Assembly: GCF_009914755.1 (NCBI RefSeq)
Contig: NC_060942.1
Reading direction: 5' to 3' (one strand)
Origin: the human T2T-CHM13v2.0 reference genome, Homo sapiens
Length of the DNA: 64,000 nucleotides
In this document: positions 27,440 to 44,926 of the stretch, one piece after another
Numbering within the stretch: the stretch's first letter is position 1
Layout of the letters: each line of letters starts with the position of its first letter
Program-made: the position numbers and the translations under genes
The notes under the pieces: generated by a model
The model's database searches: none
The model's input: only the letters and a program-made list of their open reading frames with translations
What the model was told of the DNA's origin: nothing

Positions 27440-28789
27440 ATTTTACTTTCTTCTGTATCTTCCCAAGCAGGAATATATCCATGCATAGATAGGCATTAAT
27501 AATGAGAGTTTAAATGAAGAAACCAAGCCATCTTATTGGAGTGTTTAAGATGCACATGCTCTGTTTCCAAGTCATGAGGTTGTTTTGTTATTTATGTGGA
27601 GCCATAAAACACAATAGGATTTTAAAGTCTATTTATATGCATAAAGCTGGCATACATAGTCTCAAATCAATGCATTTATTTTCATTATCCTTGCATAATA
27701 GCCAATAACCCATAAATTATCAATCCTGTCATCACAACTTTTGCAAATCCTAAAATTGAGCATAATAAACTTTTTGGATGATTAAAATGTTACCCTAATT
27801 ATTTATAACAATTAATTTTATCTCCAGCTCTTGGATTCTATTTGATCTGCCTTTACACATAGTTGTTAAGAAAATCATGCCAGTATGTTTGCACACGAAC
27901 ATCTGAATCAGAATATATCCAAATCCACTGGATTATTTCAACTCTTGACAATAAATCCCAGTTTCTGTGTGTGTTACATAGCAATTCCTATGACTCAGAA
28001 AGGCGATTTGACTAGATCTGCTGTTACAGCAGAGACCTAGCAAGAAGACGAGAAAGCTCAGTGGTGGAAATGTAAACACATTGTTGATGAGGTTACATTA
28101 GGCTATTTAAAACATTATTTAAGTACAGAGAAGAGATATCTGCCATACTGCAAGACAACTGAAAATTCTTATTGATGGATGACTTGAAAGAAAGCATGGA
28201 CTGAAACCAGGGATCAGAAAGTCAAAGCTATAAGGATCCACTTAAGTTAAAACAACTGCATATTTACAACAGTCCTTCTCTCTCCTCATATATGCAAGAG
28301 CACTAATGGGATCTGAGACCTTTTTTTTCATGGCCAATTGTCTTTCAGAATTGCCAGATTTTTAATTCTCTGAGATAGTTTAGACATAAGCCTACATTAA
28401 ATAAAAAATGGCAATCCAATTAAAATATGTAAACTATTTGTAAATGTTTATTTCTTTTTGCTAAATTTAATCAATGTACTACCAAAATAACTGGTCATTG
28501 ATGTATTGCAAAGTAGAGAAAGAATAAGGCATTGGGTGTGTATTTATTTTTGCTGTTGTTCAAAGGGTGGCTCTTTAAGAAGCTAAGATTGTAAGAGCAG
28601 GTAGAAAAAAGGTGAACAATGTTTAATTGTCTTCTTGTTTTCTTTTTAGAATTGAGCAAATAGCTGGCATTCAATCATTAGCTATTAATTGGACTACACC
28701 TCTTAGCCTAGTTCCTACTGTTGCTAAATAGCCACAGAAGTCCACTGGACAGGGAAGGCAATGCAGCTTAATGCCTAATTATGCAGGTC

Positions 28790-28980
28790 ATTTTTGTCCA
28801 AATGCTAGCTTCTGTGCTGTGGGAATAGGAAACAGCTTCTTGCATTCTGTAAGCCATATTTTTTCTCTCATCTGTAAGATGGGCTTACACCTACGTCAAA
28901 GGGTTATTTTATTTTAAGAATTAAAAATTACGTGTAAGAGTACTGAATATGATGCCTGGGATGCAGAAGGCCTCAATATA
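28790..28980 (+). mobile_element. MIR SINE fragment
   Basis: ttttctctcatctgtaagatggg...gtaagagtactgaatatgatgcctggg. Confidence 0.6.
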
Positions 28981-29323
28981 CAACAATGCTTTTATTATTG
29001 CCGAGGTTGCAATGGAAAACTACCAGTACTATCTTTCCCTTCTCAGTGCTCAAGGTGCTGGGAGTAGCAAAGACAGATAGATGGTGGAGAGGGGAAGCTG
29101 CATGGATAAAGGTACCATAACTGTTGCTCCAGAAGTAAACCCTTGCCTTTATTATTTGTTCACATGCTCCCAGCATGTATGGGTCAGCAAGGGAAACTGC
29201 ATGTAAACATGTTGCTGTCTCTTTGTAACCCCAGGAGCCACATCATATGCCACCTTCCATTAAGGTTTACTTTCAATAGCTAAATTCTGGCATCCTCTAG
29301 CTACATTAAGAGTAAATAGGGTC

Positions 29324-30311
29324 CTTGAGGTTCATCCATATTGTTGCAAATGTCAGGATTTCCTTTCTTTGATAAGGTTGAGTAGTATTCCGTTGTATGT
29401 ATACACCATGTCTTGTTTATCCATTCATCTGTTGGGCATTTAGGTGGATTCCATATTCAGGCTGTTGTAAATAGCGCTGCAGTAACATGGGAGTACAGAT
29501 ATCTCTTCAACATACTGATTTCATTTCCTTTGGGTTTATACACAGCAGTGGGATTGCTGGATCATATGGTAGTTCTATTTTTAATTTTTCGAGGAACCTC
29601 CATACTGTTTTCCATAATGGTTGCACTAATTTATGTTTCAACCAACCCTGTAAAGGTTCTCTTTATTTCTACAGCTTCACCAACGTTTGTTTTCTTTTGT
29701 CTTTTTGATAACAGCCATAGTAACTGGAGTGAGGTGATATCTCATTGTGGTTTTGATTTGCATGCTTCTGGTGACTAATGACGTTGAGTATTTTTTGATA
29801 TACTTGTTGGCCATTTCTGTGTCTTCTTTTGAGAAATGTCTATTTAGGTCTTTTGCCCATTTTTTTAAATCATGTTAAGTGAAATAAGCCGGACACGGAA
29901 AGATAAATACCACATGATCTCACCCATATGTGGAATCTTAAAAAAAAAACTGATATAATAGAAACAGAGTAGTACAGTGGTTATCAGAGTATGGGGAAGG
30001 AAGGGAGGAGCGAAGGATGGGGAAAGGTTGGTCAATGGCTACAAAGTTACAGTTCGATAAGAGGAACAAGTTCTGATGTTCTATTGCACAGTAGGGTGAC
30101 AATGGTGAACAGTAAGGTACTGTACGTTACAAAATAGCTAGAAGAGAGGCTTGTGAATGCTCTAACCACAAAGAAATGATAAACACATGAGGTGATGGAT
30201 ATATTAACTACCCTGACTGGGTCATTATACAACATATATGTATCAAAACCCCAAACTGTACCCTCATTCACATGTATGATCACAATGTGTCAATTTGAAT
30301 GGATGCATGAA
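29324..30311 (+). mobile_element. 5'-inverted (twin-primed) L1MA-type insertion
   Basis: 29324-29870 antisense ORF2 end; 29871-30296 sense 3'UTR. TSD aagagtaaatagggtc (29308-29323) / aagagtaaacagtgtc (30312-30327). Confidence 0.85.
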
Positions 30312-32324
30312 AAGAGTAAACAGTGTCATCACAAGGTACCTGAATATTAAGCAAATCCCAAGGATGTGCCCAGCCCCTGCTCCAAGTTCAGTTCCATTTT
30401 CTGGAATGTTCAAGAAAACCACTCTGACTAATGTTCAAGTCCTTTGGTTTCCTCAGTTGAGTAAAATAAAGAATGATTTCACAGAAAATACTTGGATGAA
30501 TTTTTTAAAAAGCTGAAGGTTTGAGTGAAAAGAGGGAAAGGAAGGAGAATGTGTTTACTGCTGTTGGAAGAGCACATGACCTTTGCTTTATCACCCTGAA
30601 AAGTGGAACCCATCTATCAACTATCGAAAATGTCATTCAGTGACACACTTCTGCTTTCTTCTTTATTTTAGGTGATGGCCCTGTGAGGTGCAATTATCTG
30701 TAGTTTAAACCTCAGGGAATTACATTTAAGACTCTCAAAATGGTACATTTGGCAAATCATGAAACTTTTACATTGTATTACCCCATCATTGACCTGTTTT
30801 GAATTGTGAAGATAATTTTAGCTCGTTTCTGTCAGCCATATTTAAGACACCATGCATATACTTGTGTGAAGCTTGTAGAATGAAAATAAAGCTGCTTGGG
30901 ATGATTATGTTGACATATGAATGTTAGCATGTGGCTCTGTTCTCCTGCACCCTTACATCGTCATCTGGTAGCATTCCAGCAAAATCATTCCAATTCATCA
31001 TGTATTGTCTTTTTCCTCTTACTATTTCATGATGAAAGTTTTCAATACTAATGCTGCAAAGTGGGTATTATGTTGATCTATGCTAATCAGTTTCATGGAT
31101 GCTGTCATATTACATTGTTAAGCAATGACACTGGTGAAATATTCTTGCATCTACTGTTATTGTGCAGACAGGCCAGTAGTGCCAAAGTGAAACATTCAGG
31201 CACCTGCCACCTTTGCTTTTTGATGGTTTCTGTCCGGCATGGATTTGCTAAGAATAGTGAGAAGGGAGGCAGAGAGGGTTTTGTCTGTGCTGTTATATGT
31301 CATCTTAAAGAAAGAAACACTGTAGAAAAAGGGTTTTTTTTTTTGTACACATACAATGTATTGTGTGTGCATGTGAGTGCCTGTGAATTTATAGTGACTT
31401 CATTGGCACGTATTATTTTCATGGCAGTACTTCTGTAAATGGTGTGTTAGTATCTCCTAGAGGAGCTGCTGGCTTTAGGATTTTACCACTAGCTCATAAA
31501 ACAGTGAAGCTCTACTGTTAAAGCTAAAGCTTCGGGAGGCAGTTTTCAGAGATAAGTTTATTTTAAAAGAAAAGTCTACAAGGGGAGATTGATTTGGCGG
31601 TTTTAAATGCTGCTTCTGCAAACCTTTTTGAGCTGTGTTTTCGCCTCTGAACATCTGAAGCCACTTTATAGGGAACTAGAGAATTGCATGGACAGAGGTA
31701 TTCTTCCCAGTAATAAAGATATACTGCCAATAGAGTCAGCTCATGAGGAGCTGTTGGGTCGGCAAGGTTTGTCTTTATTGCCCCTCTGCCTGTGGGCAGA
31801 GCCTGCCCCACTTCCGGAGTCTTGGGAAGTCCCCAGGGTCCTGGGCCCGCTGTTCTGGAACTCTTCACACAGGCCACTCTCCCTACTCATTGTACCTGTG
31901 CCATCCACTTGGGATGCACTTGAGTGTTGGCTATTGAATCGAGTAAGGTAATTCAAAAGAAGTATTTTGATTGTCAACAGTTTTATGTGCTGCCACTCAA
32001 AGATGTCATGTGCCTTTCGACTGCATTCCAACGTCCTTAGAAGTGTGGTAAGATCTGGGAGAGCAAAACGATTGTACTGCCTTCTTAAGTTCCCCAACAC
32101 TGCTCACGTGTTCTGTAGGTGACCTGCTGTCTCATCTGTACCTAAAAGTCCTCCCTTCCTGTCCAGGTGAACATTATCACGCCGGGACGGTGGCTGATTA
32201 CCCACAATGTGCAAAGCATTGTTGCAGGAACTGTGAATTCAAGAAGAAATGAGAAACAGTCCTGGTCTCTGAGGCACTGACACCCAGAAGGTTATTGAAT
32301 GTTATTGTAATTGTTGAATAACGT

Positions 32325-32397
32325 TTGTGTACATGTGTGTGTGTGTCTGTGTGTGAATGCCTCTGTGTGTGTGCATGCCTGTGTGTGTGTGTGTGTG
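32325..32397. repeat. Imperfect (TG)n microsatellite
   Basis: tgtgtacatgtgtgtgtgtgtctgtgtgtgaatgcctctgtgtgtgtgcatgcctgtgtgtgtgtgtgtgtg. Confidence 0.9.
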
Positions 32398-35342
32398 CCT
32401 GCAGGATTGAACTGTGTTTTATTTTTCTCCGTATCACAGGAGCCTCTATCCAAAGCTTTTGGCAAAATAGATACTTTATGTGAGTTAATTAAGAACTGAT
32501 AATGGTGTAAAGAAAACTGTAATTACTGTGAAACATAAGTACTGGTGAGCTTCTTGCAGATCCACAAAACATGTGTAAATACCTAAAGGAGGGACCTATG
32601 TTCTTTTACAACAATGGCTGAACAGATGCCAAAGGGTAGCACATAACATGATTTCATGGGAAAGTCTGGTCCATGATCTTTAAAAACTAATCACCAAGAA
32701 GGAGCTCCTCTTGGGGTCTTGTCTTCCACTTCAATATTTAGCAATCATTTTCACACAGATCTGTTAAAGCAGAAGAGTCCTGCTTTGGCCTTCCCACCTG
32801 TTGTGAAGTGTCACCTCAAAGCCTAGATTTTAGCTCAGCTATTTCTCAACGAAAGCAACTGGAGATTAATTATACACACGAAGCTTGCTCCTGAGCTCTC
32901 TTTTTGATCACTATGTTAATTTAACAGGAGAGCTTCTATCTAAAGCAAAAGGAACACTAGTCCCCTGGAAGTGGAGCATGCAATAAAGGCTGTGAAATGC
33001 TACCTCTGGGGAGGAAGTGTGGCCTGAAGACGCAGCCAGATACCCAGGTCCCTCCACACCTGCCCTGCTACAGAGAAAGAAGGAAGCACTAGGCCACTCC
33101 ACTTCTGACAACGTTATTTAAAAAGTGAGCTGGGTTTAACCAAAGGAATTCATTGATCATTTAATAGCGAGGACTTAGCCTTGGAAAAATAAATGTCACG
33201 TCACTGACAGTAATCCACTAGGAAAAAATAAATGACAAACAGTGTGAGGGCACCCTTTCCACTCGGATTCCTTCCTTCTGCTATGCTATTTGCCCCTAGC
33301 TCGTGTTTAGACTCTAAGTTAGAATAATCACGATGCCAAGTACCAACTAGAAATTATCACACTACTTTTCTTTTGACATTCATGATTTATTTTCCTAAAG
33401 AGTGTCTATATGTGTGGTTTGTAGGGCTTGGGGGTGTGGGGAGATGGAGAAGGAGATCTGGTATTTACCTCACGAGGAGTGTTATTCAAAGACCAGGAAA
33501 GAAACCCGATGTTTGCTGCAGCTAAATGACAGTATTTATTATGTACTCACAAAAGGGTAAAAAACGCTCCTGTTGATTATTTTGACATTAAATTGCTTGC
33601 AATACATGAGGGATTAATTATGACATGGCACACTTCATTCTGCAACCTGAATTAGCTGGAGTTTTAAAGAAGGGTCCACGTTCGCAGTCTCATTTGTCAC
33701 ACGGTAAGAATATGGGTTTCTCTGTGCTCTATTCTTTACGAGGAGGTTTGATCATAAACTCAGTGGCCTCATTGAATGCACGCATTTCTTACTCAGATCA
33801 AACAAAGGTATACAGCCAGTCTTTATGTATCATCCTCTTTCATGCAGCCAGGCTTTTATTGACTTGACTTTTAACTGAGGTGTATGTTGAGAAGGTTCCA
33901 TCTTGTCATCTGCCTGGAAGGTGGTTACAAAGCCTTGCAGCCAGCCAGTCTCCCCAGATACATATGTGGACATATAGAATATGACCTCCTGCTGGTTCTC
34001 AAATAGACGACTGTTGAGTTCTGTGGGTAGAAGGGATGAGGTCCAGTCATGCATGTGTACCTACAGGAACGGAGGTTGAGAGGAAAGTGTACCAGATAAC
34101 AGCAGATGATGACATGGGAAGACCCTTTATGCCCTATGTTGTTGGATGACCAGGACAACTCTTGCCTCATCTTGCTGAATGAACAGGGAAGGAGATTTTC
34201 TAGTCCAAAGTCACTGGAACGGAATGCAGCTCTTCGACGCAAGTGCAGATCGCTCTGTCGTGCTTATTACTCCTAGTTCCCAGGCTAGAAGTAGAAAACC
34301 CCAGGCCTGGCAGAAGACTGCAGTCATCCCTGAGAGAGGAAGGAACTGCCATGTGGAATGGAGAGAACAGGGCTGGTGCTTCCCTTTCTGTGCCAGAATC
34401 TGCATCACCTGCAGGCATGGAAATGAAAACGCCCAGGCAGCTGTAGGGAGAAGTGTGGTTGAGGGAGCGGGGAGGAGGGCAGCCCAGGAGCTTCCTTTGT
34501 TATCATGAGGGCCTGATGGTTTCTGACCACTAGTTTTATGGGCTATTCTATATGGAATCCCAGTGAATACATCCCTAGGTAATTAAGAGAGCCCAGTTAT
34601 TGAAACAAACACAAAACCCTCCTAAACTGCTGAACTGTAAAGAATAAATGTGATGAGGGGCTTGGCTGGTAGTGGTGGCTTGAAATTTTCATCCGTGGCT
34701 TTTAGAGCACTTTTATATTTGAAAAATATTTTTCAATCATTCTGAGCAGTTTTTGCTTGTGATGATTCAGCAAGGTCACCTGAGATTGCCTGAGTGATAG
34801 ATGACAACACCTGGGTGAGGTGATTTTCAAGGTCATAGAACAGGTGCCTAGACAGATGCAGGACCAGGCTCACAGACTGCCGGACCCCAAATGTGCCACG
34901 CCCCATGGAATCCAAGGTCCCTTCTAAGGAGGCCCAGGATGAGGAGCTGGGAAAAGCAGGCCCCGGCTCTTTCCACCCACCACACGCTCCTGTTTGTAGC
35001 CAACTGGAAGACATCCCTGTGTGTCAGGAGTTTGTGTATTCTGATCTCAGAAGCCAATGAGTGAGATACATGGGGAGAATCCAGCTCAGATAAGGGACTT
35101 GGAGCTACAGGATCAGAGAAGTCATAGGATTCTGCTGAGGGCAAAATTCCTTCACAAGAAAGAACTTGAGCCTACAGGTCACGCTGGGGGATCTCTGTGG
35201 TTTGTTCATTCCACCCACAGGAACTTTAGGTCTTGTGAAAAATGTACGCGTCATAACTGTGCAATATAATTTATTTAGCCAGAAAAATGATCTTTTATTT
35301 ACAAACTTGTACTGCTTTGACAGAAATGCCAGAGTCTCTTAC

Positions 35343-35417
35343 CTTGAGATCCACAACAACTGTGATTCTTGAAGGAATTTTCTCGTCCCACTCTGTTTGT
35401 CTGTCCTATTTCTATAT
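35343..35417 (-). other. Candidate 75-nt exon
   Basis: Minus strand: ggatttttcttttatgttAG|ATATAGAAATAGG...GGATCTCAAG|GTAAGAGA. No transcript evidence. Confidence 0.3.
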
Positions 35418-36124
35418 CTAACATAAAAGAAAAATCCAATAGCATTGAAGTTAAATAATACATTTTCCCCTCCTAGAACCAATAAATCTGTTTAAAGATG
35501 CATTACTACTTTTCTGGAGGGATAATTTAGACTATGTATCAAAAAGGAAAATCAATAGTTTTCTTCTATTACAAATAATTGCCTGTTTGACTCTTTTCCA
35601 CTTTTTCTTTTTTATTTATTTTGGCTTCAGAATATTTCTACTGAGAACATCTCATGCTTTAAGCCTAAACTAATAAGGGTTCTTACAAGACAATGTCTTC
35701 CATCAGAGGAGCCCCTCTTCTCCTGAATTTGTAGAGCTTCCCATATTCCATAAGAGGGGAAATCAGAATAGGCCAGGCTCTCATGGGAACAGTTTGAGCT
35801 GTAACCGTAAACTAACAGACCTTGCCCACAGCAGGCAAAGCTGCAGTGAGTGGGAATAGCTCCCAAGAGCAGGCAGAAAAGAATGCCCACTGTCTGGCTG
35901 ATGCCAGGGTAGAGGGCTCAAGGCAGATCTGCTGGCCCCAAGAGCATGAGTGAGAGTTATCTTTCCTACCTAGGTTTAAGCTGGTTAATTACAAAACTTC
36001 TTGTATAAACTGTGGCCTGGAAGCCTCCATCCAAGGCCCCTCTTTAAGCAGTTAGACTGTGATCAGATAGCTATCTGAGACTTCTCTGTCCAAAGAATAT
36101 CTGGTGGGAAATACCTAATAAGGA

Positions 36125-40746
<4,622 letters not shown>

Positions 40747-40849
40747 GAACGATGTCCAAGTCCCTGACTTTATGATGAGAAGGAGTGAGATGGAGCTGGG
40801 GCTCATGACAAGGGTGGAGGGAGGGTTTTTAAAAAAGAATGAAATGTCC

Positions 40850-41270
40850 TCAGGCTCAAGGGCTTTAAGAAAGCAGACCATAGAGAGGAAAAAAATCAGA
40901 TATAAGAACTCCCTCATGGAGCAACATCTAAGATGGAAACAAAGGGCGGGGGTCACAGGCACAGTGGAGGATTGGCTTTGAATAGGAGAAGGGGTGGTCC
41001 TTCATATGTGACTCCTCACATATAATTTCATTGTGAGAATGTCTGGCCCGTATCTCAGATTTTATGAAGATTATTGTAAGTACTGTGTGCCCAGGAACAT
41101 CCCAGAACATTACTGGGGAAATCTGGAGCCTCCTCTGGGAGGTAGAAAAGAGCTGCAAACACAGGCATTTGGAGGAATGGCAGGTGGGCTGGGGGCAGAA
41201 TTCAGGGCTGATTTGCTCATTTTCTTAGAGATGTGACAGCCTGGTCATTTTCTGGGGGTCCAGAATTGAC
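40850..41270 (-). mobile_element. L2 ORF2-region remnant, interrupted by the left arm of an inverted repeat
   Basis: cacagtggaggattggctttgaataggagaagggg ... gcaggtgggc ... gctgatttgctcatttttcttagag; highly diverged. Confidence 0.45.
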
Positions 41271-41711
41271 AGCCTAATGAGGATGTCACTGGAAGCATGC
41301 TGCAGCCGCTGCACCATGTGCATTCCCATCAACAGCCCCAGGAGCCCGGCAGGGAAAAGAAGAAGACTCGCTTAATGCAAGACTGAGATTTGGGGGGTAT
41401 TGGCGGTGATAGCAAGCTTGGCCCTCCACTGAGCAAGGGGCCCAGGTCTCAGAGTTAGAGCGTGGTCAGATGGAAGTTCATTTCTTCCAAGTTGTGGTCA
41501 GACCCTGATGTACTGGAGCTGCCCATTCCAGAGATTTGCAAAACAGAGAAGCAACCCCAGCGCTAAGCAGCTCCAGTGGGCAGAGGCTCCCGATTTCTCC
41601 AGTAATGTTCCGGGATGTTCCTGGGACACAGATCTTGTAATAATCTTCATAAAATCTAAGATATGGACCAGACATTCTTACAATGAAATTATATGTGAGG
41701 AGTTACATATG
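41003..41711. repeat. Inverted repeat: ~130-bp arms (41003-41132, 41583-41711), 450-bp spacer, ~90% identity
   Basis: Manual alignment of the left arm to the reverse complement of the right arm gives 12 substitutions and 1 indel. The ORF track shows MSGPYLRFYEDY on both strands. Confidence 0.95.
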
Positions 41712-42216
41712 CACATTGAAATATTAAGAAGGTGCGCTAAATAGAGATTGTAGGACTTCCTGGCCTGTCAGCATAATTTCTGTCACCAGCACCTGTTGAT
41801 GCTTTGCTCCAAGGACCACAAACTCAGATCCCTTCCAGGGCCTGAGAGGTCACAGAAAGGAGGAATGGGTGGGGGTGAGCAATAGCGAAGAGTGGGGCCT
41901 GAGGGAAGTTGGGAAGCGATGGATGCGCTGCTGGAAGGCATCAGAGCCGAAGCCATTGCCTCACTGCACCTGCCCAGCCACGTGTCTCCAGCCAGGGAGT
42001 GCTGCTTTCCCGGTTGGTGTGCGAGCCTCTGTCCTCCGGGCTCTCCCTGGACTCATGGTACCATGGGATGGCTTCCACTCCCTGTGAGACCACCCTGAGT
42101 GTATCTTCATCAGAAAAATTGCCTCCCCGCAGCCACCAGAAATATCTTGTTCACAAAGAACGTGCACCACATGTTTTTGAAGCATCCAGGAAAAACCTCT
42201 TCCATCCACACCGGTG

Positions 42217-42436
42217 CAGCGGTGAATCGAAGGGAGTGATTTTACCCCCAGGGAACATCTAGCAATAGCTGGAGGCATTTTCGGTTGTCAAAAGTCTTTG
42301 GGGACAGGTGTGCTGCTGGCATCTGTTGGGTAGAGGCCAGGGATGCTGCCATATATCTTACAATGTGTGAGATAGCGTCCCCAACATAAGGAAGTATCCA
42401 ACCCCAAATTTCAATTGTGCCGATGATGAAAACCTG
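42217..42436. mobile_element. MER20 DNA transposon (hAT-Charlie)
   Basis: gtgattttacccccagggaacatctagcaat...ggttgtca...tgctggcatctgttgggtagaggccagggatgctgc. Confidence 0.85.
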
Positions 42437-43269
42437 GCGCCAGTGGGCAACCATTTCTCTACTGTCCACCATTCAAAAGCCATGAGCCCTGCGGTGGCTG
42501 CTGACCTGCTTGGTCCCCTAGTTCCACCTCCCCAGATCTACCAAGGATGACAACTAAATCTGTTGCACCAATGGTCACCATATTTTCATTTCTGTTCTCC
42601 TACCTCGTGGGGTTTCCTCTCGTCTTTTTCTGTTCCTCCAGTCTTTTCCAGGCCACACTTCCCAGAAGCCTCCCTTCCTAGAAGGCACCACTATAGCCTT
42701 GGTTCACAAAAATCACCCTGGGAATAAAGCAGGCAGAGTGGTTTTCACTGGAGGCTGGTGGACCAGATAGAAGCTTCATTGTGGTACGAAGCAAAACCAG
42801 CCAGACCACAGAGAAGCTGGGTAACTTGAAAACTTCTCCTTTAGTCCTTCCTCCTACCAGCCATGCCATGGAGATTACAGAATTAGACAGCTTGGATAAT
42901 GATTGCAGATTATCTATTATCCAAAGCAAAATTCGGTGGTCCTTAAAAATGGAACCCATCCATTTGTGAAAATAAGCATGGCCAGGTGCGGTGCCTGATC
43001 CTGAGAGTGCCAAGTCGAATAAGACAAGATTCCTGCCCTTCAAGGCTCTCATGTGGAGGAGAACATAGATCCACAAACACACCAGGATTCAAATGTGATA
43101 AGGACAAGTCAGAGATACTTAAATTGTCACTGAAGAAAGGGATGAATCCCTGGAAGAGCCTTGGGGTGGGTGAGGAAGAGTGGCGTCAGCGTGAAATCTT
43201 AGAACAAAGGTTTAAGAGAAATTTCTTTAAAATTTTCATAAAGTGGAAGAAAAAACTTACATTTCTTTA

Positions 43270-43950
43270 AAAACAGTTTATATTAAATGCCTACCAAGAG
43301 CTACACACTTTTTAGGTGTTTAAAATACAAAACTAAGCAGGAATGAAAGGGTTCCCCCTCCCACTGAGGCCACCTTCCACTGTGAGAAGAAGACAAAGGC
43401 TCAGGCAGCATGGCTTCCACTCAGATACCGACTGACGCTCTGACATGGAAATAAGGCCAGTGGCTGGGGACAGGCAAACACAACATCAGGCAGCCAGGGA
43501 AAGGCTCTGTTGGCGATGCGTATTTAAACTGAAATCCACAGGGTGAGAAGGACTGGCCGCCAAGGTGTGGGGCGAGAGTGCCCCCGGCAGAGGGAACAGC
43601 AAGTGCGAAGGCCTGAGGTGGGAACAGCAAGTGCGAAGGCCTGAGGCAGGAGCAGCCCAGGCTTCCTGGAGGAAGAGGGTGGAGCCAGCATGGCTGAGTG
43701 CAACATGCGAGGTGCTTGGGGGTAGGATACGGGGTGCCAGGGACGGCGAAGACCAACCATCTCAGGGTGTTTGGATTTTATTCTAAGTACAATGAGGAGC
43801 CATCAGAGGGTTTGAAACAGGGCAGTAACATGATCCGATTGTGCTTGTAAAGACCCCTATGACTGCTTTGGTAGAAAGAAAGCAGCGAGAGAGCCAGGTG
43901 TCCAAATGAGACATGATGGCAACCAGGCGATCCTGGATGAAGTCGTGGAA
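43270..43950 (-). mobile_element. L2a-like LINE with internal 28-bp-period tandem duplication
   Basis: ggcagagggaacagcaagtgcgaaggcctgagg...tttggattttattctaagtacaatgaggagccatcagagggtttgaaacagggcagtaacatgatc; duplicated 27-mer at 43592-43646. Confidence 0.8.
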
Positions 43951-43951
43951 C

Positions 43952-44405
43952 GTATTAGTTAGGATCAGGGTCAGCCGCAAGTGACCCAAAACCCCAAGTA
44001 AAAGCAGGGTTTAAAGGAGATGGAAGTTCATTTCTCCCACAGAATTCTAGGTATGCAGTCCAGAGCTGGTAGGGTGCTCCACCGTACAAAAGACCCAGGA
44101 TTTTCTATCTTGTCCCACCATGCATGGCCTTCATTCTGAAGCTTACCTTATTGTCCAAGAAGGCTGCTTTAGATCTAGCCATCAGGTTTGCATTCCAATT
44201 CGAAGCAAAGTATGAAGAGAAGGAGAAATGCGTGCCCCCTTCCTTTAAGGACATTTTTTGGAAGTTCACACACTGTCTAATTACATCCGATTGGTCATGG
44301 CGGGCTGCAAGGAAGATTGGGAAACGAAATATTCTTGCACCCAGCTAAAATTCCCAAGTTCTATTACTGAAGAAGATGAGGTGGATAGATGGTGGGGGAC
44401 AGTGA
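43952..44405 (-). mobile_element. MLT1J/K-like MaLR LTR inserted into L2
   Basis: gtattagttaggatcagggtcagccgcaagtgac...gattggtcatggcgggctgcaaggaagattgggaaa...ttctattactgaagaagatg. Confidence 0.7.
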
Positions 44406-44926
44406 TTGCATAAATGGATTTAAAATGTGTTTTAGATGTAAAGCCCACAAGACTTGCTGATGGGTTAAATATCAGTTTTTATTGCAACAAGTGCCTGGGA
44501 TGAAGGAAATATATGATTTTCAGGGTGTGTGTGTAAAGAAATAAGACCAGATGATACAGAAAAAGAGATTTAAGGATATATTTTCCCAGAAGAGAGTAAA
44601 CTTTTTATAGGAAAGCTATGGTGATATGCCCACTGCTACACCCATAAGAGGGTAGGATCACTTAATCTCTAAGGTCACGATTCATTGTTGATCTGTTAGC
44701 AAAGAAGGAGGGTTTCTAGTCCAGCACTATGACCAAGGCCATGTCTGCCTGTGTAAGCCTGTGGTGCCCTGTGGACAGCTGAAGCAAGAGTCATCATGAC
44801 CTCCACGCATTGTTCTAAGCATATCCCCTGAATTGGCCTATGCTCTGAAAACTGAGGGCCACACCAGCCTGTGGATGTGGGCACAGGCAGGGCTTGCATT
44901 CTGCGTGCCTATGTCTTGCTCTTCTC

